NCBI GenBank assembly: GCA_034530615.2
Contig: JAVRCV020000043.1
Location: 42,404 to 106,403, forward strand
Length of the DNA: 64,000 nt
Source of the DNA: Aulosira sp. ZfuVER01
GTDB lineage: Bacteria; Cyanobacteriota; Cyanobacteriia; Cyanobacteriales; Nostocaceae
Direction: 5' to 3'
The notes under the pieces were generated by a model, which worked only from the letters and a program-made list of their open reading frames with translations, had not been told where the DNA came from and made no database searches. Both the position numbers and the translations under genes were made by a program. Below are positions 20,964 to 32,537 of the stretch, one piece after another (position 1 is the stretch's first letter; each line of letters begins with the position of its first letter).

Positions 20964-23099
20964 TTGAACATGGTTAGTTCTCCTGATTTGAGCTTCTCCC
21001 GAACCTTACCCTTAGATACATTTAATCAGCTTGGGGAATTGTTACAGCAGATGGCTCAAGCAGTGGAAAATGGGGCTTTGGTGGTAACTGAGGCTGTGTT
21101 GTCAAGACTTCGCGTACCTGCTGAGTGGCAAGAGCAACGTTTTACATTACTAGTTTCTGAGCAGTTTAGTGCGCTTTTGCTGGGGTATTGCGTTCAGGAG
21201 CAACTGCTGTTTGGTACAGGAGCAACATCAGTTTCGACAACAGAGGTAAGCCCTAGTGAAAATTTGCTCAACTCTCTTACCCAGTCTCAGCAACTTCCTT
21301 CTACATGGCACCGTAGAGAAGTCTACAGCGATCGGGATTCAGCAGAACTCACTACTAGCTTGACATTTAATTCCGAGGCGATCGCTTCCTTCCTCTTGAA
21401 ATTGCGAGATTTGTTTGAGTCTGATTCCTATACTTATCAGAATCTTGAACGCTATCGTCAAATTCTTGGTACTAATGATGCTACGCTCCAAAGTCAATTT
21501 AGCCTCTTGTTACTAGAGTATCTCCTGCCGCAGATCAATCAGGAGGTGAACTTAGTATCAGATCCAGACTATTCCATTGCTTATTGCTGTCAACCTGTAG
21601 AAGATGCCCTGAAAAAACAGATTTGCCAAGAACGGCTGTTGAATCAGGTGACAACCCAAATCCGCCGCAGCCTAGATTTATCAGTCATTATGGCGACAGC
21701 AGTTACCCAAGTGCGTGAGTTTCTAGAATTAGACAGAATAGTAATTTATAAGTTTGAAGATTCCGGAGGTACAAGTTTACAATATCCTTTCGACACTGCT
21801 GCCTTAAATGGCGCAAACCTTAATCAAAGGCTGGGTGCGCAAAGAGGAGATCCTCCACACTCACCCAACGGCCTATATTCAGCGCCAACGCCACTTAACC
21901 CCCAACCCCCACTACAAGATTATCAACGGCATGGGGGTTGTATTGTTTATGAAGTTCGGGCAACAGATGCGATTCCGTCAGTGTTGAATTACAGGGAAGA
22001 AATGTGTTTTCTGCGTACCTCTCAATGTTGGGAGAAGTATCGTCAAGGCTTTACCTTAGCTGTGGATGATGTCGAAAAAACTTATTCTCTGGAAGAATGT
22101 TTGTTAAATTTTTTAAGGGAAGTTAAAGTACGAGCAAAGTTAGCTGCTCCAATTATGTTTGAGGAAAAACTTTGGGGGCTGCTAATTGCTCATCAGTGCA
22201 ACAGTCCACGAGAATGGACTGAAAGTGAAAGAAATTTGCTGACTTCGATTGCTGAACAATTAGCGATCGCAATTCACCAAGCAGAGTTAATGCGATCGCT
22301 TACTCAAGAAAAACACAGTTTAGAACAGCGAGTTGTTGAGCGCACAGTAGCGCTGCGCGATGCGTTACTGGCCGCCGAAGCCGCTAGCCGCCTCAGAAAT
22401 GAATTTCTCGCCACCATCAGCCATGAATTGCTCACGCCTTTAACTTATGTGATAGGGATGTCTTCGACACTGTTACGCTGGCCTTTGGGGGAATTGAGCC
22501 AACGCCAACGAGATTATCTACAAACCATCCACGATAGTGGCGAACATTTATTAGAAATGATTAATGACATCCTCGATTTATCTCAAATTGAGGCTGGCAA
22601 AACAGTTTTAAATATTACGGAATTTTCCTTAAGGGATGTAGCAGAAAATAGCTTGAAAGCTTTAGAAGATAAAGCTACAAATGAACAGCTGCATCTCACA
22701 CTAGATTTGCAAATTGACCCCAGACGCGATCGCTTTACTGCCGATGCCACAAGAGTAGAACAAATTATTGCCAATTTATTAACTAATGCCATTAAATTTA
22801 CCCCTAAAGGTGGCAATGTCACTTTACGGCTGTGGGTAGAAGACGACACTGCTATCTTTCAAGTAGAAGATACAGGTATTGGCATTCCCGAAGAAAAATT
22901 ACCCCTACTGTTTGAGAAATTTCAGCAACTTGACACACCCTATCGCCGCCGTTATGAAGGTACAGGACTGGGTTTAGCTTTAACTAAACAACTGGTAGAA
23001 CTGCATCGCGGTCGAATTGAAGTAGAGTCTACTGTAGGCATCGGCTCAATTTTTACCGTCTGGATACCAGCGCAGCCGTTAACGGTGGTAAGGGGATGA
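20964..23099 (+). CDS. cikA: Circadian input kinase CikA-like GAF histidine kinase (no receiver domain)
   Basis: CikA-like N-terminus, GAF domain (LWGLLIAHQC), H-box SHELLTPL, ATPase domain; divergent from cobN. Confidence 0.8.
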   Translation: MNMVSSPDLSFSRTLPLDTFNQLGELLQQMAQAVENGALVVTEAVLSRLRVPAEWQEQRFTLLVSEQFSALLLGYCVQEQLLFGTGATSVSTTEVSPSENLLNSLTQSQQLPSTWHRREVYSDRDSAELTTSLTFNSEAIASFLLKLRDLFESDSYTYQNLERYRQILGTNDATLQSQFSLLLLEYLLPQINQEVNLVSDPDYSIAYCCQPVEDALKKQICQERLLNQVTTQIRRSLDLSVIMATAVTQVREFLELDRIVIYKFEDSGGTSLQYPFDTAALNGANLNQRLGAQRGDPPHSPNGLYSAPTPLNPQPPLQDYQRHGGCIVYEVRATDAIPSVLNYREEMCFLRTSQCWEKYRQGFTLAVDDVEKTYSLEECLLNFLREVKVRAKLAAPIMFEEKLWGLLIAHQCNSPREWTESERNLLTSIAEQLAIAIHQAELMRSLTQEKHSLEQRVVERTVALRDALLAAEAASRLRNEFLATISHELLTPLTYVIGMSSTLLRWPLGELSQRQRDYLQTIHDSGEHLLEMINDILDLSQIEAGKTVLNITEFSLRDVAENSLKALEDKATNEQLHLTLDLQIDPRRDRFTADATRVEQIIANLLTNAIKFTPKGGNVTLRLWVEDDTAIFQVEDTGIGIPEEKLPLLFEKFQQLDTPYRRRYEGTGLGLALTKQLVELHRGRIEVESTVGIGSIFTVWIPAQPLTVVRG

Positions 23100-23189
23100 G
23101 GGAGATGAGGGGGACAAAGAGACAGGAGGACACGGCGACGCGGAGAATTAACTAATGACAAAGGACAGATGACAAATGACAAATGACAA
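23100..23189. repeat. STRR-type short tandem repeats
   Basis: GGGGACAA-like units followed by AATGACA x3; the last unit contains the nanE ATG. Confidence 0.75.
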
Positions 23190-23860
23190 TTCTAAAAAAA
23201 GGACTAATTGTATCCTGCCAAGCGCCTGTTGATTCACCACTGCATCAACCGCTAGTAATTGCAGCAATGGCACAAGCTGCTGTGAATAACGGTGCTGTGG
23301 GTGTACGCATAGATACCCCAAACCACATTAGCGCTGTGCGTGCCAGTGTGAATGTACCAATTATTGGGCTATGGAAGCAAATCATAGCTGGCTTTGATGT
23401 ATACATTACGCCACAGTTTCACCATGCTGTGGCTGTGGCGCAAGCAGGCGCAGACATTATCGCCATTGATGGGACGATGAGAAACCGCCCTGGTGATGAA
23501 AAATTAGCGGAGATGATTTCCCGAATTCATCAGGAATTAAATAAGCCAGTGATGGCAGATATCGATACAATTGAGGCGGCAAAAGCAGCAGCAGATGCTG
23601 GAGCAGATATTGTGGGAACAACTCTGTTTGGTTACACTGCCTCAACCAAGCATCTTCAGCCTCCAAATTGGGAACTCTTGAGCCAGATGGTAGCACAGCT
23701 AAATATTCCCGTGATTTGCGAAGGTGGTATTGCTTCACCCCAAATGGCTCGTCAAGCCTTAGATTTGGGAGCTGATGCTGTTGTCGTTGGCACTGCCATC
23801 ACTGGTATTGACATCCAAGTCAGAGCCTATAAATCAGCACTGAGTTCGGAAGAATTATGA
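23183..23860 (+). CDS. nanE: N-acetylmannosamine-6-phosphate 2-epimerase
   Basis: LIVSCQA, PIIGLWK, VYITP, GTTLFGYT, VVVGTAIT motifs. Confidence 0.92.
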   Translation: MTILKKGLIVSCQAPVDSPLHQPLVIAAMAQAAVNNGAVGVRIDTPNHISAVRASVNVPIIGLWKQIIAGFDVYITPQFHHAVAVAQAGADIIAIDGTMRNRPGDEKLAEMISRIHQELNKPVMADIDTIEAAKAAADAGADIVGTTLFGYTASTKHLQPPNWELLSQMVAQLNIPVICEGGIASPQMARQALDLGADAVVVGTAITGIDIQVRAYKSALSSEEL

Positions 23861-25074
23861 AAATACTTGTACTGAATGCCGGATCTAGTAGTCAAAAAAG
23901 TTGTCTGTATGAAATTACAGATGATGCTTTGCCTAAGCAAGCGCCTAAACCGCTTTGGGAAGGCAAAGTCAACTGGACTCAAGATAAAGGTGTAGCAGAA
24001 ATTCAGGTGAAAACAGCTACAGGCGAAGTGCTGCAAGAATCAATCTATGCAGACTCTCGACAAGCACACGTCACCTATATGCTATATACTCTGACTCGCG
24101 GTGCTACCAAGGTGATTGGTCAGCTATCAGAAATTGATGTGGTAGGTCATCGTGTAGTACATGGTGGGCAAGATTACCGAAAAAGTACAGTAATTACTGA
24201 GGATGTCAAAAAAGCGATCGCTCAACTTGCTACCCTAGCACCAGCACATAATCCCGCTGCTGTGGAAGGAATGGAAGCGATAGAGCAAAGCTTGGGAACA
24301 GTAAAACAGGTGGCAGTATTTGATACCGGATTTCATGCTACTATCCCAGATGCGGCAGCAATTTATCCCGGCCCTTATGAGTGGGTGGAAGAAGGTATCC
24401 GTCGCTATGGGTTTCATGGCATCAGTCACCAATACTGCGCTCAACGTGCAGCTGACATCCTTGGCAAAGATTTAGCATCGTTACGATTAATTACTTGTCA
24501 TTTGGGCAATGGTTGCTCTTTGGCAGCAATTAAAAACGGTCGCAGCATTGATACTACTATGGGCTTCACACCCTTGGATGGGCTGATGATGGGCAGTCGT
24601 TCGGGTTCTGTCGATCCAGGAATTTTGATTTATTTGTTACGACAATCTAATTATTCTGCCGAAAAGCTCGATTATGTTCTGAATAAAGCTTCGGGCTTAC
24701 GTGGAATTTCTGGAGTTTCCAGCGATTTACCGCAAGTCATAGAAGCGATCGCCCAAGGTAACTACCGCGCCCAACTTGCTTGGGATATGTACGTACATCG
24801 CTTGCGTTCTGGGATTGGTTCTATGCTTGCCAGTTTAGGAGGATTAGATGCCTTAGTCTTTACCGCAGGTGTGGGTGAAAAATCTCCCGGAATTCGCCAA
24901 GCTGTCTCGGAAGCTTTTGGGTTTTTAGGTTTGAAAATCGACCCAGAGAAGAATCAAAACAACCCTGTCGATGTTGATATTGCCACCCCAGAATCAGCAG
25001 TGCGGGTATTAGCGATTCATACTCAGGAAGATTGGGCGATCGCTCAACAATGTTGGCAAATTTTGAAAAAGTAA
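23857..25074 (+). CDS. ackA: Acetate kinase
   Basis: LVLNAGSSS, GHRVVHGG, RRYGFHGISH, HLGNG motifs. Confidence 0.96.
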   Translation: MKILVLNAGSSSQKSCLYEITDDALPKQAPKPLWEGKVNWTQDKGVAEIQVKTATGEVLQESIYADSRQAHVTYMLYTLTRGATKVIGQLSEIDVVGHRVVHGGQDYRKSTVITEDVKKAIAQLATLAPAHNPAAVEGMEAIEQSLGTVKQVAVFDTGFHATIPDAAAIYPGPYEWVEEGIRRYGFHGISHQYCAQRAADILGKDLASLRLITCHLGNGCSLAAIKNGRSIDTTMGFTPLDGLMMGSRSGSVDPGILIYLLRQSNYSAEKLDYVLNKASGLRGISGVSSDLPQVIEAIAQGNYRAQLAWDMYVHRLRSGIGSMLASLGGLDALVFTAGVGEKSPGIRQAVSEAFGFLGLKIDPEKNQNNPVDVDIATPESAVRVLAIHTQEDWAIAQQCWQILKK

Positions 25075-25201
25075 AAAATCGTACTTAAAATATTTCCTTG
25101 GCCATTCTCTGCGTGACATTAGCCTTGGCTGTTGATTTATGGTGTGCTGTAATTATATATACATATCAACAGCCCGAAACTAAAAAGGTTAGTCAAGCAT
25201 C

Positions 25202-25987
25202 ATGTTAGCTCTATACCGTCAAACTATAGGTACATTTTTAACAGTTTGTTTGTGTATGTTAGGCGTTGGCTTAATGCAATATCCCCAACTACAAAAACTA
25301 TTAAAAAGTCAAGAAACTTCTTCTTTAGAAACTCTAGAAGGGGAAATTAAAACAGAAAAAGTTCGGCTTAATCTTCTCAAGCAAATGCCTAGTTTTGGGT
25401 ACGATAACTTGATTGCCGATTGGGTATATATTAATTTTTTGCAATACTTTGGCGATGACGAAGCACGCAGCAAAACAGGTTACAGTTTTAGCCCAGAGTA
25501 TTTTGAAGTCATTCTCGAACGCGATCCACGATTTTTAGATGCTTATCTAAGTCTATCAACTAGTACTTCTCTGTATGCTGGCCTACCTGAACGTTCTATA
25601 GACCTGATGAAACAAAGTTTACAATTCTTATCGCCTAAAGTTCCAGAGAAGTCTTATTATGCATGGCGTTATAAAGGCATAGATGAATTATTATTTTTAG
25701 GGGATTCTCAAGCTGCCAAGAAATCTTTTATCAAAACTGCTGATTGGGCTAGCCAATCTTCAGACGAAGAAAGCAAGCTGATAGCTTATACTTCTCAAAA
25801 AACTACTGAATTTTTAAATCGTAATCCTGATAGTAAAATTGCTAGAATTTCTACATGGACAATGGTATTAAATAACGGAGTTGATGAAAAAACTCGTAAA
25901 AGAGCAATTAGAGAAATCGAGATGTTAGGAGCTAAGGTAGTTTCTACTCCTCAAGGTAACAAAATTATCATGCCAGCAAAAGATTAG
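25202..25987 (+). CDS. Membrane-anchored hypothetical protein
   Basis: 261 aa ORF with an N-terminal hydrophobic helix and FLQYFGD motif. Confidence 0.7.
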   Translation: MLALYRQTIGTFLTVCLCMLGVGLMQYPQLQKLLKSQETSSLETLEGEIKTEKVRLNLLKQMPSFGYDNLIADWVYINFLQYFGDDEARSKTGYSFSPEYFEVILERDPRFLDAYLSLSTSTSLYAGLPERSIDLMKQSLQFLSPKVPEKSYYAWRYKGIDELLFLGDSQAAKKSFIKTADWASQSSDEESKLIAYTSQKTTEFLNRNPDSKIARISTWTMVLNNGVDEKTRKRAIREIEMLGAKVVSTPQGNKIIMPAKD

Positions 25988-26064
25988 TAATTGATCGAGG
26001 GTCAAGAGTTATTTCTCCTCTGCTCCCTCATCCCCCTCATGTCCCCTGCTTCCCCATCCCCCTT

Positions 26065-26913
26065 TTGAGGTTAGTGTTATTTATTAGTGTTATTTATTGG
26101 TACAACGGTAAATTAATCCAGTCCCAATCCCTAGAATTAGATATTAACGATCCGGGGTTGCTTTATGGGGCGACAATTTTTACTACCATGCGGATTTATG
26201 AGAACTCGCTCGATAGCAATTTGACTCACTGGCTTTTACATTGCGATCGCTTGCGATTATCACTCAAAGCTTTTGGTTGGGAGCAACCAGATTGGAAGCG
26301 AGTACGTCAAGGTGCAGAAATTTTACTTGTAAACTTCCCTGTTCTCAGAATTACCCTGTTTCCCGATGGTAGGGAGTGGATAACGGGTAGGTTGTTACCA
26401 GAGGATTTGACCGAAAAACAAACAAATGGTATTGTTTGCGCCGTTGCTAGTGTAGAGTTATCTCGCAATCTCCCTTCTCATAAAACAGGAAACTACCTGA
26501 GTGTTTGGTTAGCCAAAACTACTAGCCAAAAGTTAAATGCCCAAGAAGCGATTTTAGTAGATGGGGCAGGAAATTGGGTAGAAACTAGTACAGGCAACCT
26601 TTGGGGATGGCGAGATGGCTGTTGGTGGACGCCGCCTATAGATGTCGGGATTTTGCCAGGGATTATGCGATCGCAACTTATCAAATGGCTGCAATACCAG
26701 CACCAACAAGTAAAAGAGGAACCTTGGACAATGGATTTAGTTCAAGGATTTGAAGCGATCGCTTATAGCAATAGTGTGGTGGAAATCGTCCCTGTCCATA
26801 CCGTTAAGCAGCCCGCAGGATCGTTAGAATATAATCCTCACCATCCTAGTTTTGAAATAATTCGGAGTTTTTTTAACATGACAACGTCACCATTTTGGTA
26901 TACGTTAAGATAA
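26065..26913 (+). CDS. Aminotransferase class IV (aminodeoxychorismate lyase-like); start uncertain
   Basis: GLLYGATIFTT, HKTGNY (PLP lysine), ETSTGN, ILPGIMR motifs. Confidence 0.85.
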   Translation: MRLVLFISVIYWYNGKLIQSQSLELDINDPGLLYGATIFTTMRIYENSLDSNLTHWLLHCDRLRLSLKAFGWEQPDWKRVRQGAEILLVNFPVLRITLFPDGREWITGRLLPEDLTEKQTNGIVCAVASVELSRNLPSHKTGNYLSVWLAKTTSQKLNAQEAILVDGAGNWVETSTGNLWGWRDGCWWTPPIDVGILPGIMRSQLIKWLQYQHQQVKEEPWTMDLVQGFEAIAYSNSVVEIVPVHTVKQPAGSLEYNPHHPSFEIIRSFFNMTTSPFWYTLR

Positions 26914-26993
26914 GTTAACATAATTCTTAAAAATGTCCTCTCTTTCTGAGAAGCTACGCGATCGCACAAAAAATATTAGGAGGATTCACCTCA

Positions 26994-28832
26994 GTGAATA
27001 AAAGATGGAGAAATGCGGGGCTGTACGCGCTGCTATTTATAGTTGTCATTGCCTTAGGCACAGCATTCTTTGACAAGCAACCTCAAAGCAGAGAGCCATT
27101 ACGCTACAGCCAATTTATTCAAGAAGTTGAAAAAGGCAGAATAGATAAAGTCAGTTTAAGTGCAGACCGTTCTACAGCCTTGGTTACATCCAGAGACGGT
27201 AACAAAAAAGTAGTTACATTAGTCAATGATCCTGACTTAATTAATACTCTTACTGCAAAAGGCGTTGATATCTCTGTATTACCTCAAACCGACGAAGGAT
27301 TTTGGTTTAAGGCACTCAGCAGCTTATTTTTCCCTGTATTACTTCTAGTTGGCTTATTCTTTTTGTTACGCCGTGCTCAAAGTGGCCCTGGTAGCCAAGC
27401 GATGAACTTTGGTAAGTCCAAAGCCAGAGTGCAAATGGAACCGCAAACCCAAGTAACATTTGGTGATGTTGCTGGTATTGACCAAGCCAAGCTGGAACTA
27501 AATGAAGTTGTAGATTTTCTGAAAAACGCCGATCGCTTTACCGCAGTTGGTGCAAAAATTCCTAAAGGCGTGTTGCTAGTTGGTCCTCCTGGTACAGGTA
27601 AAACCCTCCTAGCTCGTGCTGTCGCTGGTGAAGCAGGTGTACCTTTCTTCTCCATCTCTGGTTCTGAGTTTGTGGAAATGTTTGTGGGTGTGGGTGCTTC
27701 TCGCGTCCGTGACTTGTTCGAGCAAGCCAAGTCCAATGCTCCTTGTATCGTCTTCATTGATGAAATTGACGCTGTAGGTCGTCAACGGGGTGCAGGTTTA
27801 GGCGGTGGTAACGATGAACGGGAACAAACCCTCAACCAGCTGCTCACAGAAATGGACGGCTTTGAAGGTAATACAGGTATCATCATTATTGCTGCTACCA
27901 ACCGTCCTGATGTACTAGATGCAGCTTTGTTGCGTCCTGGTCGTTTTGACCGTCAAGTAGTTGTAGACCGTCCCGACTATGCTGGACGCAGCGAAATCCT
28001 CAAAGTTCACGCCCGTGGTAAGACCTTAGCCAAGGATGTGGACTTAGATAAAATTGCCCGTCGTACCCCTGGTTTCACCGGTGCAGATTTATCTAACCTG
28101 TTAAACGAAGCCGCAATTCTCGCAGCACGGCGGAATTTAACCGAAATTTCGATGGATGAAATCAACGACGCCATCGACCGCGTATTAGCTGGCCCAGAGA
28201 AGAAAGACCGGGTAATGAGCGAAAAGCGCAAAACCTTGGTTGCTTATCACGAAGCTGGCCACGCTTTAGTTGGTGCGTTGATGCCCGACTATGACCCAGT
28301 ACAAAAAATTAGCATCATTCCTCGCGGTCGTGCTGGTGGTTTAACTTGGTTTACCCCCAGTGAAGACCGGATGGATACTGGCTTATACAGCCGTGCTTAT
28401 CTGGAAAATCAGATGGCAGTAGCTTTAGGCGGTCGCCTGGCTGAAGAAATCATCTTTGGTGAAGAAGAAGTTACCACTGGTGCTTCTAACGACTTACAAC
28501 AAGTAGCCCGTGTTGCTCGTCAGATGATTACACGCTTTGGGATGAGCGACAAACTTGGCCCTGTAGCCCTTGGTCGTCAGCAAGGCAATATGTTCCTCGG
28601 TCGGGATATCATGTCAGAGCGCGATTTTTCTGAAGAAACTGCTGCGGCAATTGATGAAGAAGTTCGCAAACTGGTAGATGTAGCTTACACTCGCGCTAAA
28701 GAAGTGTTAGTGAATAACCGTCACATCTTAGATGAAATCGCGCAAATGCTGGTTGATAAAGAAACAGTAGATGCCGATGAATTGCAAGAAATTCTGGCAA
28801 ATAATGATGTGAAAACTGCTGCTTTTGCATAA
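26994..28832 (+). CDS. ftsH: ATP-dependent zinc metalloprotease FtsH (FtsH3-type N-terminus)
   Basis: [18 protein letters not shown] motifs; two N-terminal TM helices. Confidence 0.97.
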   Translation: MNKRWRNAGLYALLFIVVIALGTAFFDKQPQSREPLRYSQFIQEVEKGRIDKVSLSADRSTALVTSRDGNKKVVTLVNDPDLINTLTAKGVDISVLPQTDEGFWFKALSSLFFPVLLLVGLFFLLRRAQSGPGSQAMNFGKSKARVQMEPQTQVTFGDVAGIDQAKLELNEVVDFLKNADRFTAVGAKIPKGVLLVGPPGTGKTLLARAVAGEAGVPFFSISGSEFVEMFVGVGASRVRDLFEQAKSNAPCIVFIDEIDAVGRQRGAGLGGGNDEREQTLNQLLTEMDGFEGNTGIIIIAATNRPDVLDAALLRPGRFDRQVVVDRPDYAGRSEILKVHARGKTLAKDVDLDKIARRTPGFTGADLSNLLNEAAILAARRNLTEISMDEINDAIDRVLAGPEKKDRVMSEKRKTLVAYHEAGHALVGALMPDYDPVQKISIIPRGRAGGLTWFTPSEDRMDTGLYSRAYLENQMAVALGGRLAEEIIFGEEEVTTGASNDLQQVARVARQMITRFGMSDKLGPVALGRQQGNMFLGRDIMSERDFSEETAAAIDEEVRKLVDVAYTRAKEVLVNNRHILDEIAQMLVDKETVDADELQEILANNDVKTAAFA

Positions 28833-28883
28833 GCAGTTTTGGCGAAAATTTAAAATATAAATTTGGGGTAATTCTGGCAATTG

Positions 28884-29624
28884 CAGAGTTACCCTAATTT
28901 TTTCATGAAGAAGCCAAGCCAACACATTTATGCTAACTGTGCAAGGGATAGTCAATTCCTAACCTTATGTGTAAATAGGCAGATTTTCTGTTTGCCGAAA
29001 AAATTAACCCAGCACTTCCAGGTGATGATTCTCGTGGATACTGCATTCGGCAGTGTGGAATTTCTACATGGTGTGCGAAAGCTCAAGTATCACGTCATTG
29101 CTGGTATCGCAAAGACGCGGCAATTAACTTCGGGATACAGCGTTTCTCAACTACATCAACGCGGACAACACCTGCGTCTAAGAGGTTTAAAGTTTCCTGT
29201 TTATGTGTCTTGGTATTATTTTAAACGTGATGACGGTAAGTACGAAAAACGATTTGTCGTTTCCACCAAAGCTCTTAAAGCCAGCACTATTTCTTGGTGG
29301 GGTAAACGCCGATGGCAAATCGAGGGCTGGTTTAAAACTGCTAAACATCGTTTTGGCTTACACCGCTTTGGGCAAGGAACACTTTTAGGTGTTTACCGTT
29401 GGTTGATACTCTCCCTCATCTGCTATATCTTGGCCCATTGGGCTTACTTATCTACAACCAGAACATCAACAAGTTTACCTAATTGGGGACAAGCCGCTGA
29501 AATTGCATTCCAAACTCTCTTTCCACAATTATTGCTGTTATTTCTTTTACAAGATATTGAACGCCTGAGAAACTTAGCACTTAGTCACGGAATTGACATC
29601 CAAGTTTCCAGGTGCAAGCTCTGA
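28884..29624 (+). mobile_element. Internally deleted IS with C-terminal part of a DDE transposase (IS701/IS4-like)
   Basis: ILVDTAF and RRWQIEGWFKTAKHRFGL motifs; N-terminal part missing; ends CAGAG...CTCTG. Confidence 0.8.
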
Positions 29625-29715
29625 CTTAATTTAGTAGGTGCATTATGGAAGTTAATCCTAACGCACTGAAAATAATTGATGGTGCGTTGCGCTACGCGAC
29701 AACACACCCTACTGG

Positions 29716-30954
29716 CTAATTCGTAGAATCTTGAGAGTATCCACAATGTTTACAGTAAGGTAAAAGTTTGTAAGTAAGCTCGTGGCAGTTTTGGCACTCC
29801 ATATATTGATAGTAACCGCAGTGCGGGCAGTGGTTATCTTGTTGCCTAATTCTCTTAGCACAGTTAACACAGCAGGAGTTTTGTACTCTCTTAGCTGCTT
29901 GTAATTTAGCGTTAAAAACAAATTGTTGAAAAAATTTGATAATGCCAAAACCCACAAGTGGAATCAGCAAGATATAGATATAACTAATTAGGAACAGTAA
30001 CCCGCCAAAAATGGTACTAATGATATCAAAGAGGAATTGAAATATTGCACCTACTTGAAGGAATTCAAATATTTTTAGGATTAGAGGTATAAAAAATACG
30101 ATTAGTAAATGCCAGCTAATTAGCGCAATTATTCCATATCTTCGGTGTTGGGCAAAGTTATGAACTGAGAAAGCAATGAGAATTAGCGGCAGCAAAAAGA
30201 GGGTTTGAAAACCAAGTTGGATGCTGGGATACCAAAATGAAGCTTGTTTGTGTCCTTTTTCAACTTCACTGAATTTATTCTCATCTTTCAGAAAAGCTAG
30301 AAAGCTAACGCTTTCTGTCTTTGATAACAGTTCAGTTTTCTGATTAGAAATTTCAGTTTTTAGGGTAGCAATTTGACTGTTATTTTGCTCTAAATTCTGT
30401 TTGGCTTTTTCAGCAGCGACTTGGTTAATTGATTGCTCACGAGGCTGTCCGGCAATTTTTTCTAAAAGTGTTGAATCATATTGAGCACGAATATTACGAT
30501 TGGATTGTTCCAAGCTGCTGATTTTTGTTTGTCTTTGCTCAACGCTTTTGATAATTTGCTGATTTGCAGAATTATTAATCTTATCTTTGTAGCCTGCGTA
30601 CTCTAAACACGTTGATGAAACTTGACCTAGATGTCCTGTTTGGGCTTGTTGATAGGTTTGCTGAAAACTAGATTGATTGTTTATGGTATATGGCAATGAA
30701 AGTCTAATAATTTCATAGTCTTTATCTTTGGTATTTTGTGTCCGGTAATTTTGCCATTCAGAATAACAAGGATAAGTTTGGTAAGGGCTGAGATGCCATC
30801 TGCTAATATCATCCAGTCCAGTAAATACATTGATTAAAATAAAAATATCAATCACAATAATGACAATCAAACTTACTGAATTTAGTGGTTCGTTGTTGAT
30901 TGTCCTTGTCTTATTAAAAAGCTGATTCCAAAGACGGCGGATTCTGGCAAGCAT
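29716..30954 (-). CDS. Membrane protein with coiled-coil loop and C-terminal double zinc ribbon
   Basis: TM helices; CVNC, CPHCG, CQNC, CKHCG. Confidence 0.8.
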   Translation of the reverse strand: MLARIRRLWNQLFNKTRTINNEPLNSVSLIVIIVIDIFILINVFTGLDDISRWHLSPYQTYPCYSEWQNYRTQNTKDKDYEIIRLSLPYTINNQSSFQQTYQQAQTGHLGQVSSTCLEYAGYKDKINNSANQQIIKSVEQRQTKISSLEQSNRNIRAQYDSTLLEKIAGQPREQSINQVAAEKAKQNLEQNNSQIATLKTEISNQKTELLSKTESVSFLAFLKDENKFSEVEKGHKQASFWYPSIQLGFQTLFLLPLILIAFSVHNFAQHRRYGIIALISWHLLIVFFIPLILKIFEFLQVGAIFQFLFDIISTIFGGLLFLISYIYILLIPLVGFGIIKFFQQFVFNAKLQAAKRVQNSCCVNCAKRIRQQDNHCPHCGYYQYMECQNCHELTYKLLPYCKHCGYSQDSTN

Positions 30955-31142
30955 ATTCTTTTTTAATGGATTTTAGAAATAAGGTGCAGGATAAAAATTT
31001 ACCAGAAATAAGGTTTAGATATACTTAATTTTTGTAACCAAAAATGGCATTTATAGTAGTTTGAGTGAAATAAATAAAAAACTCCATCAACAAGCGGATG
31101 GAGTCTATTTCAAGGGAGCGATCGCCTAATTTTTCGCCCGAT

Positions 31143-32537
31143 TTATCGACCTGCTGAAGAAGCTTCCCAGCCATACCAGTGGCGCACTGCTAGCCAAACT
31201 GCTGAAAGCAAACCCGCTAGGCTCAGGGTAAGGCCGCTGTATGGTACTAATAATCCGAATACAGGTAATACTGCACCGGAAATAGTGCAAACGATCGCAG
31301 CTAAGGAAGCACGACGATTTGCTCCCAAACCCCACATTAGAGTTAGTAATACTAGGGAAATCATTGTCCACACTAACTGAGGGCTGATTAATCGCCCTAA
31401 ATAAGTTAAAGTCAGCAAGCAAGCAAAGAAAATTCCTCCGGCGATCGCTATATTTTTTAAATTCATTGGAATCGATAAATATAGCAATAATATCCACCAC
31501 AAAAATATAGCTGGTGCTAACAATAATAAACGGGGAATAATGCCAGTGTTACGAATTGGGGCAGTGTTAGTAAACACACCAAAAGGATTTTTTACAGAAA
31601 CATTGTCATCAAATATCCAAGTAAATTCGGTGCTGCCTCTGTCATTTTTAATATTAATAGGTACAATGCCACTAGCAAAATCAACTGAGCTAAAATTAGC
31701 AATTGCTGTTAAGCGGAATTTAGAAAGCAACTGTCCAGCTGCGTTATAAACCCAACGCGGGCCGCCTTGCGCTTGATAGGTGACTCTAAAAGTGGTTTCT
31801 GCGCCTGGTTCTAAGCGGAAGGGAAAGCCATAATCACCAGGATTAATTTGTTGTAACTGAGTTTTATCTCGCTCTAATTTATATCTAGCTAGTAGTGAGT
31901 AACCGTTGGGCGGTGATGCTTCAAAGAAAAAACTATTAATATCTTTGAGTGGGTTAATAACTTTGTATTCAGCAGTGTAATCTACGATATAAATAGAACT
32001 GCGACCTTTAACATCTGGACGTTGGTCAAGCTTTACTTGAATTTGCGATCCAGCTAATGTTAATAAGCGATTAACTTGTTGGATGTCATTGACTTTAACT
32101 ATTTTGTCTTTAACTCTAGTTGTATAAGTGTATGGTTCTTGCGCGACGTAGCGTACTTGAGGCGCAGTTTGTTCTAGCTTATCACCAGCAACGCTTTCAG
32201 CTACTTGCGCTACCCTTGCTTGTTCCCAGTGGTGGTAGCGATTACTCAAGGTTGAACACAGAAAAAATCCCGCGACTAATAGCACTAATATTAAAGCTAA
32301 ATGCTGTAATCCCTTTAAGAGTTGAGAGTAATGAATCGCCCACTCGCCAAAGAAAACTGACTGTTCTAGGGAATTTCGTCGTAGCGAAAAACTGACTAGA
32401 GCGATCGCAATTCCTAAAGCTATAACTAAAAATACAATTAACAGTGAACCTTTGAGTACTTGAGTGCCAAATTGCACTAGCTCATTGGGATGCGTCAAAT
32501 CAGGCAATCCGGGAATGCCTTGAGCAGAAGAATTCAT
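31143..32537 (-). CDS. Polytopic membrane protein with large extracytoplasmic domain (CreD-like topology)
   Basis: Two N-terminal TMs, beta-rich loop, about five C-terminal TMs. Confidence 0.7.
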   Translation of the reverse strand: MNSSAQGIPGLPDLTHPNELVQFGTQVLKGSLLIVFLVIALGIAIALVSFSLRRNSLEQSVFFGEWAIHYSQLLKGLQHLALILVLLVAGFFLCSTLSNRYHHWEQARVAQVAESVAGDKLEQTAPQVRYVAQEPYTYTTRVKDKIVKVNDIQQVNRLLTLAGSQIQVKLDQRPDVKGRSSIYIVDYTAEYKVINPLKDINSFFFEASPPNGYSLLARYKLERDKTQLQQINPGDYGFPFRLEPGAETTFRVTYQAQGGPRWVYNAAGQLLSKFRLTAIANFSSVDFASGIVPINIKNDRGSTEFTWIFDDNVSVKNPFGVFTNTAPIRNTGIIPRLLLLAPAIFLWWILLLYLSIPMNLKNIAIAGGIFFACLLTLTYLGRLISPQLVWTMISLVLLTLMWGLGANRRASLAAIVCTISGAVLPVFGLLVPYSGLTLSLAGLLSAVWLAVRHWYGWEASSAGR

